Assembly: GCA_964187785.1 (NCBI GenBank)
Contig: OZ076418.1
Location: forward strand, 51,770,001-51,834,000
Length of the DNA stretch: 64,000 nt
Direction: 5' to 3'
Source of the DNA: Amphiscolops sp. MND2022
Lineage: Eukaryota
Positions 12,657 through 25,002 of the stretch are shown in pieces (the first letter of the stretch is position 1; every line of letters begins with the position of its first letter). The notes beneath the pieces are model-generated. The model was not told the origin of the DNA. It did no database searches and worked only from the letters and a program-made list of their open reading frames with translations. The translations under genes and the position numbers were made by a program.

Positions 12657-13441
12657 TGACCTTGAAAAAAATAAAATTATGATGAAGTCATGAAATAATT
12701 CTCAAAAATAACAAAGTTTTCGGAATAAAAAAAAATAATAATGTAGGTATTGCTGGCAGACTTTATCCACATAAAGCCGTAATTTGTAAATAACAACAAA
12801 TTTGACACCGAACTGTATAGTCACGAACTCCAATTTTGACATCTTGTCACATTGCCGATTCGCCTTTCGATTCTTTATCACTCAATTCTTTCTTGTATTA
12901 CTCTTTCCGTCGTATTATCCAGTATTTAATCAACTTTAGTCTTTCAGTCTTTGAGTCGTATTTAATCACATTTATTTGAAGTTTTTTTTGTATCATCTCC
13001 TTGAGACATCCCGTGTATTCCTCATCACCTCTGTGGTTTTCCTTGGTCTGACCGTGGACAATCGACGCTGAATCCCCCTTTTGCAGTTCCAGCTGCCTTC
13101 ACCATTCCTTCCTTCTTCAAAGAAGATTCTGTTCTTCAGTGATTCCAGACAGTGAGACATCGTGTCCAAATTCCTTTGGCTATCCTTCCGTGCTGCAACA
13201 CGCTTCTTCCAATTTGAAAATCGAAACAAGTCAGTAGTTCTCAGGGTTTTTCCATACATTTTTTGACGAAGAACTAAATCGAGGCTTGATCAGGGCAATC
13301 TCTTCGTTCACGTACTTCCTGTACTTTAACACAATCGTTCACTTGAGTTCAAAATATCTACTTCCTAAAGGTTTTTTTAACTCGGTAATGGACTCTTTTT
13401 CAGGAAGTTTTTCGATTGAGTTTATCTCTTTTTAATTAGAG

Positions 13442-16400
13442 ATGTCGTCCGAAGATCGTAATGAGGCCACTCCTGAGTTTGCTGCTGAGACGCAAGTAGA
13501 GACGTGGCACAAACACTCATGGAACCAGAAGCTGGGCAGAGTGGCGAAACCCGTGTGGATGCAGCACCAACAGCATCCAATAAGCCAGAAGAGACAGAGG
13601 GTGGTACAGTCAGGGTCAAGCCGACCTCCAGTCCGTCCACCGTTGAGAGTATCTCCGCTTACATTGAGCGCACCCTGCAAACACTGGGCTGTCAAAGAAC
13701 AGGACTTGACATCACTTCCCTTCCTCCTACTGATCCTGTTAGCAACGTAGAGACACAGGAACTAGAAACAGAGAAAGCCTCCGAATCTGACCCTATTCCA
13801 CAAGTTGCCGCTGACCAGGGAGGAAAAGCAAACAGACACCAGCGACGTGGAGGAATTTTTGGACAGCTCTGGGGCGGAGTCTACTAAAGACCCGCCAATT
13901 TTGATTTCCTCGATGACATGAGTACCGCCGAGACAGAAATTTCCAAAGAGGCCGAACACACTCCCACAGGAGGGATTGAAGACTCGATAATCCTCAGTCC
14001 AAGTCGGCCATTATCTTCTTCTGCACGGACTTTGATTAACTGGCATTTTGCTTAAACCAACCCCAGCATCCTACCAGTAGGCCATCCGACAGTGGCATTC
14101 AACCAGGGCCAGGTCCATTCTATCCTGCGGGCAGTGTCCAGTGAGACTCTGATCTCATTAGTGCACCTGATGAAAAACATGCTAGAGGAAGCCATGAAAG
14201 TGGGGGCGCGCACTCAGAGCAGTTCGCAAGGAACTAGTCGCCCGAAAATCAAATGCTTTCGAAAGCAGTCCGACGGGTCTGACGCAAGCGGCCTGGAGAG
14301 TGACCCTGGCACAGAAGGGTACACAAGCGGTGCTCTCAGCTCTGATGACGAGTTTGTCGTCAATTCGCAGAAGAGGACTCGGGAAATTGTGATCACGAGG
14401 CCCCCAGTCCATCCAGCCACGTCACAACCACGGCCGCAATTCCGTTTACCAGTCATCAGGTCCCCAGTCGAGGATACTGCGCTACAGACTATGAACCCTT
14501 GTCAAATTTGGCTGTAGATCGATCGCCAAACACCAGTCCTCCACGCAAAAACCACCGACTCCAGGGTCGAGCTGGAAAAATCATGGAGGAGGCCTATTTC
14601 AAGGGCATACAACGAACCCGAACCTTCGTGACTGGCTCACTAGACCCGGAGCACAATAAACATAAATTTCACTGCCAAATTTGTAAGACGAATGTCTCAA
14701 TCTGTTCAAAAGGTGCCCGGGAGATTGTTCGACACTTCCAATGCGAATCACACTTTCGCAAAGATCAGCGTTGGCGATTCGAATATCTGAAGAAGAAAGA
14801 CAGGGTCACTGGCCGAGAAGTCCATGAGGTCATAGGGAACAACGGACAAGTGCTTACGCTTCTAGAACTTGAGAGGGAGAAACCCATTTTCATGAAGGCT
14901 CCCTTAGTCGAAACAGGATGCAATGCAATTATCATTTTTACGACGAGTACATGGTTGGGCTTGGTTCCGTGGCAAGTCGAGAGGAAATCAGACTAAGTGT
15001 ACAGATTTCCATGGTCGCCCTCTTCGCTCCTCGCTGTGGGGACTTGCATGTGCTCGAGTCTTTGTGGTCCCAAATTGGCACCGTGACCAATCACCGGGCT
15101 CTGTTCTCTTCCTACGATTGGGGTTCCAGCACACTAACTGTAAGTATTATTGGTCACTTGTACTGAAGGTCTAAACTGCGGAATATAGCCAGGTGATTTT
15201 TTATTTATGTTGTTCATTTAAGGCAATCTTCATCACATCTTCCTCTGTGGCGTGGCAGACATTGCTTACCAAGTTAGCATCACTGGGCAGTTTTCTTTGG
15301 AATTCGAGACGCAAGGGACTTACAGCTTCATTTCAATTCGTTTCTGGAAAGGCGATCCCTCACTGTTGTCCGTCTGTTGCGTTACCGGACTGCTTCAGAA
15401 CCAGCTGCAGGCTTCTTATTGGCCATTTCTCGATTGCTATCCGTGTTGTCGGCACAGCCCCAAATATTGAATGTGTCCGGGTGCCCCGCCGAACTCATTC
15501 ATCTCCTTGAGCGTTCTTGCTACTTCCAGAAAAAGATTGAGTATCCTTTCCGGTTCGATGCCCTTTCCTTGCCCACCGAAATGCACGAGCGATGGGGAAG
15601 CGTTTTCGGAGCGATCAGCTTCTTCTCGCAGCTGAATTTTCTAATTACCTTCCTGAATGGTTGTAGTGGGCAACCCTGGGCCGCCCTGATGCCAGATTTT
15701 GTCAAGGTAAGGGTCTTGTATTTTCGGCTATAAGTCCAGACAGGGATCGGTCCTAATCCTCGTTTTGATTGTAGGCTACTTCTACCTGCCGCTTGGAGAT
15801 AACTGCCGCCCCTGGCATATGTTCTGAGCTGATAGCGAACTGGAAGTCCGTGCACCCTTATCTGGCCCAGATTGCCCCTCCACAAGAAAACCAGGGTGTG
15901 AAAATTAAGCCCCAGAGTCTCCAGTGGGAGATCATCGCCAATGACTTCTTCCTCATCAAACTGGAATTCTTCGCACGGATCGTTCGTGACTGTTAGTATC
16001 AGTTCCCAGTCGTTTTAATTTTCAACCGTAAAGGTGGGGGTTTAGGTGCTCGCTGAACAGGGTTTTATCCATATTCATAACAGATAGTCGAATCAGGGCC
16101 GAGGGTGTCTTGTAGACCTGACGGAATAATATCACATTTTGTTTTACAGACACTAAGATCTTCGAAAGCCAATTCGCTCAGAGGAGAGAAAGTGGATTCT
16201 ACACCTTCCGAGAGTTCCACCAATTCATTCGGAAGTTGGCCACGCGATCTTTGCTTCCCAAGTATGTACCCGAGATGCTGGACTGGAAGGCGCTAGATGG
16301 GTTGCAAGGCCAAGATTGGCGTCAGTTGTCAAATCGCGATTTCCTGAGCCGTTTGAAACTGAAAGAAGATTTGGACGCAGAGTGCCAAGCCCGAGCCAAG

Positions 16401-17301
16401 CGGGTCCATAGTGAAAAGAAGTTGACACCTTCTGAGTTGGACGCTGTCATTGAGGCTGTTCGAGACGACTTTGCCACCAAGGCTCGTGGTTACCTAGTCT
16501 ACCTGCTGGAAGTCTTCCTTTCAGACATCAGTCTCAATGCTGGTATCGTCAGAGGGTTGGGTAGCTTTGACCCAGTTGCCTTGCTGAGTGTCCCCGTTGA
16601 TCAGGCGACATATTGCTTCTCTGCCCTGTATCGGTCCTTCAGCCTGCGGGGTTGGTTGGAAAATTCGCCCGAGTCAGATGCGCGGGACGAGTACGTCGAC
16701 TACCTGGAGTGTTTCCGCAAGAAGTACTCTGGAATGAAGGACACCCCGGAAGTCTTCACAGATATGGTCGCCTTCCTAAAGGAGATGCCTGAGTTGAAGA
16801 TGCGCAAGCATCTATCATATGTTTTTCAGCTCAGCTGCTCGTGCTTGACATCCAAATTGCTAGAATTGCCTGCCATCAAGTTCACCGGAGTGGATTGCAG
16901 TGACCCACGGAGCCAACTGTTTGATGTCATCATGCCTGCGCAGTGTTACCTCGCTAATGTGGCAGACTCTGTGGCGGCGTGTACAACCGAAGCTTCTCTG
17001 GGTACTTTCAAGGATCTTGAAGGACGAATCAGCGGTGGTATTATTGCAGGAGATCCTTGGTCTCATGTCGACAGTTTCGGGAAGTCCAACTTCCACAAAG
17101 TGCTGATCTCCGTTCATAAGGCCTTGGTCAAGAGTATGCGACCCGACATTGAGTCTGCCTCTACTACGTCTTCCAAAGAAGGGGGAGGAACAGCGCAAAC
17201 AATCCCCTGACAAGAAAAAGAAAGTTAGCTTCAAGGCCGCTAGTAGTTCTGGAGAAGCAAAGCCTTCCAATGGGAACACTCCTGGTACTTCTAAGTCTTA
17301 A
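13442..17301 (+). pseudogene. Antisense, intron-containing hAT-transposase-like accessory gene of element A (frameshifted)
   Basis: ATG at 13442 follows an acceptor-like AG. Introns 15140-15222, 15707-15774 and 15992-16149. CQIC-x16-H-x5-H finger at 14673-14753. Collinear with 55883-59846. Stop at 17299-17301 is followed by the conserved ATGTACAT. Confidence 0.82.
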
Positions 17302-17540
17302 ATGTACATAGAGTACATTTGTTTTTAGACTGAAAACTGAATTTTATTTATTCCTTCTATTGCTGTTTCTTGTTATATATCAGTCTTGTTTGTATGTGGC
17401 TTTGTATTATTCGCCACTGAGTCTTCCCTGTTGTATATGGTTATATCAGACAAAAGTAAGTCAGAAAAGTCCCAAGTAACAATATTTGTCCTCTCGGACA
17501 GGCAATAAAGAGACAAGGGACTAGTACTTGAAATTTCTGG

Positions 17541-20500
17541 CTAATATCTGTTTTCTTCAGTAAAGTTGGGGTTGGGGTTAGGTCTGAGTTTGTATTTTCC
17601 TCCTCTAGGACTAGCATTTTCTTCAAAGTTTTCTTTTTCCGATATTCCGGGCACGGTATTGTCTGTGCCTCTGTTTGAAACATTTTCCGCATCTTGTAAA
17701 TAATTAGTGACGTCATTTTCATTTTGAGTCCCATTAGTCGTTTCATCTAATGGTGACTACACGTCTCGGTTATTACGCGATTGCGTTCGTATTTCATTCT
17801 CGTTGACGTTATTCTCGTTTGTTTATTGTTCGTTGCAGTTTTCATTCTCGCTTGCGCTGCTGCGTTCATTCTCGATGACGTAATGGTCCACACTGCCGTC
17901 CTCAGTGTCGGTCGGCCGGCGTGTCGCCACGTCGGTCCAATCTTCTTTTCTCGATTCGAATAATTCGTATTCAAAATCTACTTCCCATGAGATAGTATAA
18001 AAGTCGTCTTGCGGTATTATTATCTCATTGTCGGGTTGTAATTTTTTGCCATCATATTTGTCCTCTAGGGGGCATTTGGCAAGAATTTCTTTAGTTTAAT
18101 ACGATGGAGAATTTGCGTTTTATTGGTATTCAATCGACGCTCAATATAATTGTCATTAGACAATACTGTCTGAACGACAAAGGGGCCAATCCACCTGTAG
18201 TCCCTGAATGGGATTTTTGATGCTTGACTATCCGTTTTAGGCTGTACTACAAAACAATAATCCTCTTTTTTACGCGGAGCCGCTTTGGCCTTCCGGTCGT
18301 AATAGACCGTGTACTTTAAATAGGACTGCATTTTATTCTTTTTTGTTTGGTCAATGAGGATTTGTGTCCTCTGTTGTACTTCTTCCGCAAATTCCGTAGT
18401 TGGCAGGAAATTTTTATTGGGATTGTTTCCCAATTTGTGATCTAGGACATTGAAAGCAATTCGGCCGTGAAAGATTTTACTCGGCTCACATCCAATACTG
18501 GAGTGATATGTAGTATTATAGTTGAGCACCGTCAATGGCAAGTATTTGTGCCATTGTCGTCGATATTCCCCTGAGGCCATTTTCAAGTTGGTCTTGAGAG
18601 AAGCGTGCGTCCTTTCAAGCTTGCCAATTGTTTGCGGGTGCTTCGTAGTGGCGCATTTGAGTGTTATGCCCAAAATTTGAGTTATTTTGGCTATGATGGT
18701 CGATGTAAATGCGGACCCTTTGTCCGTAATAAGAGTTGTCGGTAAGTATGAATGGTTTCGTCATGATGTCTATTTTTACCTTGGCTACGTTTGTGGCTGT
18801 TGCTTCAATTAGCGGGTAGGCGAATAAGTATCTTGAAAAAAAATCAATGGCTGTCATTACTGTCTGGTATCCGCCGCTTTGGTAATAAATCAATTTGGGT
18901 GGCATCTTCAGGGCCAAGGTCCCATTCGGGCAAAGTTAGTATTTCTGGTGTAATAGTAATATTACGGACCCTTTTGTCTCCGGCACACGTTTCACAGCCT
19001 TCTACCCACTTCTTGACGTGTTTTGCTATCCCAGGGTAGTAGTATTTTTGGCGGATTTCCTGTAGCATTTCAGAAATGCCCGGATGTCGATGTGCCGTGC
19101 CATGTATTGCCTGCAATATTTCTTCTAATAGGTGTTTGGGTAGTGAAATCTGGTGGTATTTGATTTGGCCTGTTTCATCGCAGTATTTTCCTGTCACAAT
19201 TTTGTCTTTGAGGACTATTCGGTCTAAGTTATTCATGTAATGTCTATACCGGATGTCCTGTTGTAAAATTTCTTCGGAATATTCTTCGTTCTGACTTTTT
19301 GTTTTTAATTGAAGCAATATCGGGTCTTTGGATTGTTCTAGCAGTATTTGATTTGTTCTGCGGAGTTTCTGGGTGAAATTAGTCATTTCTTTGACGGCGT
19401 TTGCGGATATGGCATCAATTTGGATGACGGTCTCCTCGACCTTGAGTCCTGCTTTTGACTGCTTTTTCCTTTCCCAAATTTGTTCTCCTGTTTCATTGTC
19501 TTCTTCGGTAAAAAAAACACTTGCTCCTCTTCGAACACTCCGGCCGTTTGGACATTGACTTTAATAGGTTGTGTTTCAACGTCTGCACGTCTTTTCAGGA
19601 CCAATTTTTCAGTGTTGTCCATTTCCATACGGGACAGGTAATCCGCCGTTGTGTTATTCTTGCCTGAAATATGAGCTATAGTGAGATTGAAGTGAATGAC
19701 AAAATCACATGCATTCCATAATGTTGGCGGTATTATCTTGGCCTGGAAGAACCTCGTGACCGATTGATTATCCGTGAGGATAATCACTGGTTTAAGTGTC
19801 CCCCAGAATATATGTCCGAATTCTTTGAAGGCGTAGTATATGGCGAGAAATACTTTCGCATATATTAACATTTTGACCTGGGAGGGAATAAAAGTTTTCG
19901 AGTCGTAAGCAATAAGCGCATAGGATTTCTTGACTGAAGTGTATTTCTGATTTGCATCATCTTCAGTAAGTATAGCATATCCTGCTGCTGTAAAGCTGGC
20001 ACCTGTCATTAGGACTAGCTGTCGATTCGGCAGTGGTTGCCGCAGGGCTAGCTGGCTGCATCGATTCAGGTCTCTATTGATTTCGTTGAATTGTTCAACC
20101 AACTCCGTTGTCACAAAGACCTTCTCGTCCTTCTTAAGTAGTTGAAAGAAGGGAACCAGTTTTTTTGACAATCTTGGTATGTAGTTTTTGTAGTAATTGA
20201 GAAATCCAAGGTATCGTTGCAAGGCCTTTTTGGATTTTTCTAGGAAGTTTGTAATGCTTTCCTTTTGAGACTTGACGCCCTCAGGGGTGATTGTTCTTCC
20301 TAGGAAATCAATTTCGGTTGCGCCAAAACGACATTTGTGCATGGTCAGCTTTAATCCGGCCTCTCTGATGCATTCAAAGGTTGCTCGGAGGTTTTTGATC
20401 AAGTGTTCGGCATCGTTTACCGCTATGCCAATATCGTCAACATATTGTGCGCACTGGTCTGCTTTGATAACGCGATCCAAGTATTCTCTCATAAAACTAG

Positions 20501-22588
20501 AGAAGTCTGACATGGCTCTACTGAGCCCTTGTGCCAGTCTTCTGCAAGCGAATGTTCTGCTGGCAAAGTTGAAAGCCAGCATTTCAATGGACCTTTGGTC
20601 CGCCATCTGAAGGCAGTGGTACGCCTGTGAACGATCAAGTTTACAAAAGATCTTCTTCCCGGCCATGTGTTGCGCAGCGTCTGCTAGGGTACTGACTGGG
20701 TGGTTATTATTGATAAAATCATCGGAGATCAGATTATTGATCTTCCTGAGGTCAACCAACAACCGTAGTTTCCCATTGGGCTTCTTTTGCGCAAAAAAAG
20801 GACAAAATGATACCGTATTTGTGAATTAGCGCCAACTCAACCAGAGTGTCCTCTTTTTAATTGATCGGAGTTGGTAGGCTCTGGCTGTAGGCCGGTGAGT
20901 CGTCCTTAGGGGTCAATTTGACCGTGAATTCCTCATTCATACCAATATCAAATCTAAGTCGTTTAAATATATCGTGCAACTCCAATAAGAGAGCTTCTAT
21001 TTGCTTTATTTCGTGTTGTTGTAGCATGGAATCCTTCCAGCGAAGTTGCTAAGAAAATTTCGCCGAGATTCCTCTTTTTGCTGTGGATTGAGGCTTTCTG
21101 CTTCTTGTAAACTTCGTAGTTCTCTGAGAAATCTTTTTTGTATTGGCGTGTGGGACGCTTCGTCCCCTGGATTCTCAGGTGTTGGAAACCAATATTGTTC
21201 GTATTGGTCGTTGTTCCTGTTAGCTTTAAGAAGGCTGCTAATATAGTGAATAGCGTCTTCTTCCTTTTCATTGAGTAGATGCCAGGTGGACACTGGGTCT
21301 TTTGGCCTGACGTGTTTCATCTGCTCAGGCGTCATTACTGAAAAGCTTGCTATGTGCATTCCCTTTTTAAGTTTGTACGGCTGATCAGAGAAATTATTGA
21401 CGTGTATCCTTGTAGTCCCTTCACTCAGCGTGATTATAGCAGCGCAGAATGTTTTATCATTCTCTTCATTTAGGAGTTCACTGGGCTGTAGTATCCCAGT
21501 GACAGCCTTTTCTGCGTAAATTTGGGACTGAATAGGAATAATTGTGCGGTCATTTGGCGGAATCATTACATCCTCAGGGTTGAGAATGGGTTCCATGACA
21601 TTTGAGTGTTTGTGGTCAGCCGTTTTCAATTGCATTGAGAAAAAAGGAAAATTTAGTATGCCTTGGCGCATATCTAGGACTGTGTGGTTGCGTTGTAAGA
21701 ACATCAGTCCAATTATAGGGCTGGATAGTTTTTCCATTACAATGAAGATTTCATGGAACTCAATGTCCCCACTTCAAATTTCAGTTCCACAGTCCTTTTC
21801 GGAGTCTCTAGCTCTCCATTTGCAAACATTATTTGTAAAGACGGGGCAGGTCCCTCTTTGACTATGGGTTGAGGCGCTAGTAGCCGTATTCTCCTGAGGT
21901 CTGCCTCTGGTATTGCACTGGAGTGGGCCCCAGTGTCTATGAGTCCATCTAACGTTAGTTCTCCAAAGTCCATTGGAAAGTATAACATACGCCTTTCGAT
22001 TTTAGGTCCAAGGTTGGTGGAAAGGGGAACGTATAACGGTTCGCCTTGTTGTTCCACTAAAATGTGCAGGAAAGCTGTTTCGCCTAGAAAGCTATTGAGG
22101 CCTTGATAGTATTCCTGGTATTGAGGTTCCTCTATTTCTTCTATGAGTGCTTCAGAATTTGGCTGCCAAAGTTCAATGAGGGCCCTAGAGATTTCGGTGT
22201 CCTCTATCTGGGGATCGTCCTCATCGTCCGTTGGTGGATAGTCATCACGTCTGAATTGCAGGTTTTGTCTATCATATAGTTCATCGTTCCAATACGGATC
22301 TTTGCCGTACTCTGGGACCGTATATTTAGGGTGATACTCTTCGACCAATGGTAAGGGACGGAACTGAGTTTCGAAGTCTTTAGTATAGTCAATTTCGTAG
22401 AATTGGTCTGGGCGATGGTTGTGTACTTGTTTATAGGCTTTTATACAGGCCTTTTCCATCTGTTGCTGCCAGACGACTAATGGGGTGCCATTGGTGTCCT
22501 TTATATATTGTCGAAAGTTGATAATTGGAGGATCTGATATGACATATTGTCTGACCGACATATAGTCATGTATTTGGAGTCGTGGCAA
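17541..22588 (-). pseudogene. pol: pol of element A: protease, dUTPase-like segment, RT, RNase H, integrase (multiple frameshifts)
   Basis: Protease LIDTGA (~21930), RT LLVDLRKIN and QYVDD (~20440), RNase H, integrase H..AHRHPG...C..C, IGKLERTH, WIGPF, and an acidic tail ending NPNFTEENRY*. Confidence 0.92.
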
Positions 22589-24260
22589 AATTAGTTTTTT
22601 GGATAAACTTTGTTCTTTTTGGTATTGGATTGGCTTGAATTAGTGGCCACCGAGTCACTGGTTGTTTTAGGATTTCCCTCAGAAGTTGAGACATTTGCGT
22701 CTTTTTGTTCTGTCTGTGGCCTCTTGGGACGCAGGTGAAAGCCAGCGCCTTGCCAACAGCTTTAAGTTGAATGATTCTTTTTCCCGCATGTGTCACATGG
22801 TGGGTAAGTTGGTCGCTGTGGTTTCTTGCCATTTTTCTCCTCCTTTTCTTTTTCTTTTTGAGTTTACGACAGCTTTCGTAGTAATGTCCCGTCGCTTTAC
22901 AATAGGAGCATTGGGCGTCTTTGTTGGTGTTGATGCCGTTAGACAGCAAATTGCTCTGATTCGTGGACGCCGAGGCCATAGTGGCCATTGGCAAGTCATC
23001 TGACTCTTCTAATTCATTGAGTTCTAGTTCTCTTTCGAGATGAGCAACAATTTCTTCGTACGTTCCGTTCTCCAATCGGGCCATGTTGACAGATCGTTTT
23101 AGCTTTGGTGGCAGTTTCGCGTATAGCAAGCTGTCAATCATGCTTTTTGCATTTTCACCAAGGGCTTTTTCGGCCCCTTCGTTCAATTCTTCCAAGAAGT
23201 CTGGCAATTTCATGGTACTTGGGTCGAATGTCAATCGATGCCAATTGTGTTTGCCGTTGCCTGTGATTACGGTTTAACGCTCTTTCTCCGGAATATGACG
23301 AGTACGTCCTCTAGAGTCTGACGGTTGATGGAAATTATGTTCCTGAACGTCTGTAATGCCCCTTTTCGTAGCAATGAGTGGAAATGATTGATTTCCATCT
23401 GTTCTGTCATTGCGGGTTGCTTTTTGATCATCATGTGGAACAAGTCCTCGAAAAGCTCAAATTTTCCGCTTTTCCCATCGAATGTCATTGGCGTGGTTTG
23501 AACTGGTCTAATGGTCATGGATTGAGGTTTGTTTTGTAAATTGACCAATACATCGGCTAATCTGTTGAGCGGGTCCTGTGAAGGTTCATGGAACTCGGGG
23601 TCTGGGGCTGGCAGAGTCGCGTCCAGAGAGACATTGTGGTTAGATTGTTGCCTCCCCAGGTTTGGGATTGAGTGGTTTCGTCCAGTCAGAAATTCAGGAA
23701 TTTGCTGTTGGGTGTCAATAGCTCCTGTCACAATGTAAGATCCATAACCTGTGGTGTCCCTCAAATGTCCTATGGACCTTGAGTCTTTTTTAGCGATCTT
23801 CGTTTTGGGCTCAGATTCGTTTTCTCTGTTTTACTGACTATTGAGGGACATACTGTCCTCATTGTCCCCGTGACCTGCAGACGACATTGAATTTGCTATA
23901 TTTTGAATTTCCGGGACGACTCTCTCAGCTAAAGCTGTAGTAATAGCCCTGGACATCATTGAGTCCATTTCTTGGGATATCCTAAGGTTAAATTCTTTTG
24001 AGAGAACCTCAAAGGACTCTCTAACATCGTTTTGCCTCACAGTCATTTTCATATGTGAAATTATCGTTTTCATTTCTATGGTACGCATTTGTATTCGCGT
24101 CCTCGTGGACCGATGATTGCTCTATCGCATCGGCTAATTCTCTTTCCATGGGATTGTTATTATCATTTCCCAACATTACGTCTAAGTTATCATAGTCGGA
24201 CATCTTGTCCATTTCTCTAGATTTCCTGGCTTTTCCCTTTTGTTTTCTTGTTGGAGGCAT
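22566..24260 (-). pseudogene. gag: gag of element A, starting inside the 5' LTR, with zinc knuckles
   Basis: MPPTRKQKGKARKSREMD... at 24260; FDGKSGKFELFE, INHFHSLLR and CSYCKATGHYYESC. Frameshifted. Confidence 0.85.
23721..23733 (-). promoter_or_regulatory. Primer-binding site of element A, tRNA-Leu-like and degenerate, lying inside the gag frame
   Basis: TTGTGACAGGAGC directly after the 5' LTR CA. It resembles TGGTGTCAGGAGT, the complement of a tRNA-Leu 3' end. The 47251 copy reads TGATGGCAGAAGT. Confidence 0.55.
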
Positions 24261-25002
24261 AAGAAATTGTTACAAGATAAAGATGTAAAGTATCTTTAAC
24301 TTGCAAATTTAGTGTGATATTACTAAGCGATAAGTAACTTCAACATGTAGTATCATTCAACCATTCTGTCCCCGGGACTAAATGTCCCGGCTATTTATAT
24401 TAGATACTACATGACATTCAAAATATGGGTTGTCATTTTCTAAAAATAGCCTTAAGGGCTTTCTAAAAATAGCAACAGTTCTAAAAAGAGCAACGATTAT
24501 AACTAGAACAAGTGACATCATCATGATATGTGTAACTTCAAAGGGTGTTCCCGACAATCAACGTGATGGCGGGAAGCCCATGTTTACTAAACAGATCAAT
24601 AGCATACATGAACGAAAGCAAAATACATGCATTTTAACATCTTACATGTGATTTATTAATACAACGCTACATTTCGTTAATATTCGGTCTTTTGACACTA
24701 AGTGTCGATTTTATGAATGATTAAAGGCCTTTCCAAATTCCAAGTAAATGTACTCGCTATATAGCCCGTTTAATTCAAAAGTGGACTCAGCGTCCAATCG
24801 ACATGGCAGTCCTCATTTTATTTGTTGACAGGCGGCATATTGCCGTCTAGTCCAAAGATCAAAGCGCCGCATAAAGTGTTAAATAATACTGGTTATTCAA
24901 ATACCGCGGAGTTTCACTTTAAAGGGATTGTGCTGGGTAGGGCTTTTTGATAGTCATGGCAAATAGAGTACATGTTGCCATCACAGGCGGACGCCTGGAA
25001 CA
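23734..25002 (-). repeat. 5' LTR of element A (1269 bp, with a ~240-bp U3 deletion)
   Basis: Aligns with 9980-11441 but lacks the equivalent of ~11110-11350. TATA at 24392-24399. Confidence 0.92.

Larger units (their letters stand above)
9980..25002 (-). mobile_element. Full-length 15.0-kb Ty3/Gypsy LTR retrotransposon (element A) with two accessory genes; decayed
   Basis: TG...CA termini; 5-bp TSD GTGAT at 9975-9979 and 25003-25007; two homologous LTRs, PBS and PPT; gag-PR-RT-RH-IN order; several frameshifts. Confidence 0.95.

Noticed and set aside
22566-22620. Programmed gag-pol frameshift site in element A
   Set aside because: The frame offset next to an A6 run cannot be distinguished from the many decay frameshifts in this copy, and the equivalent region of B is outside the window.
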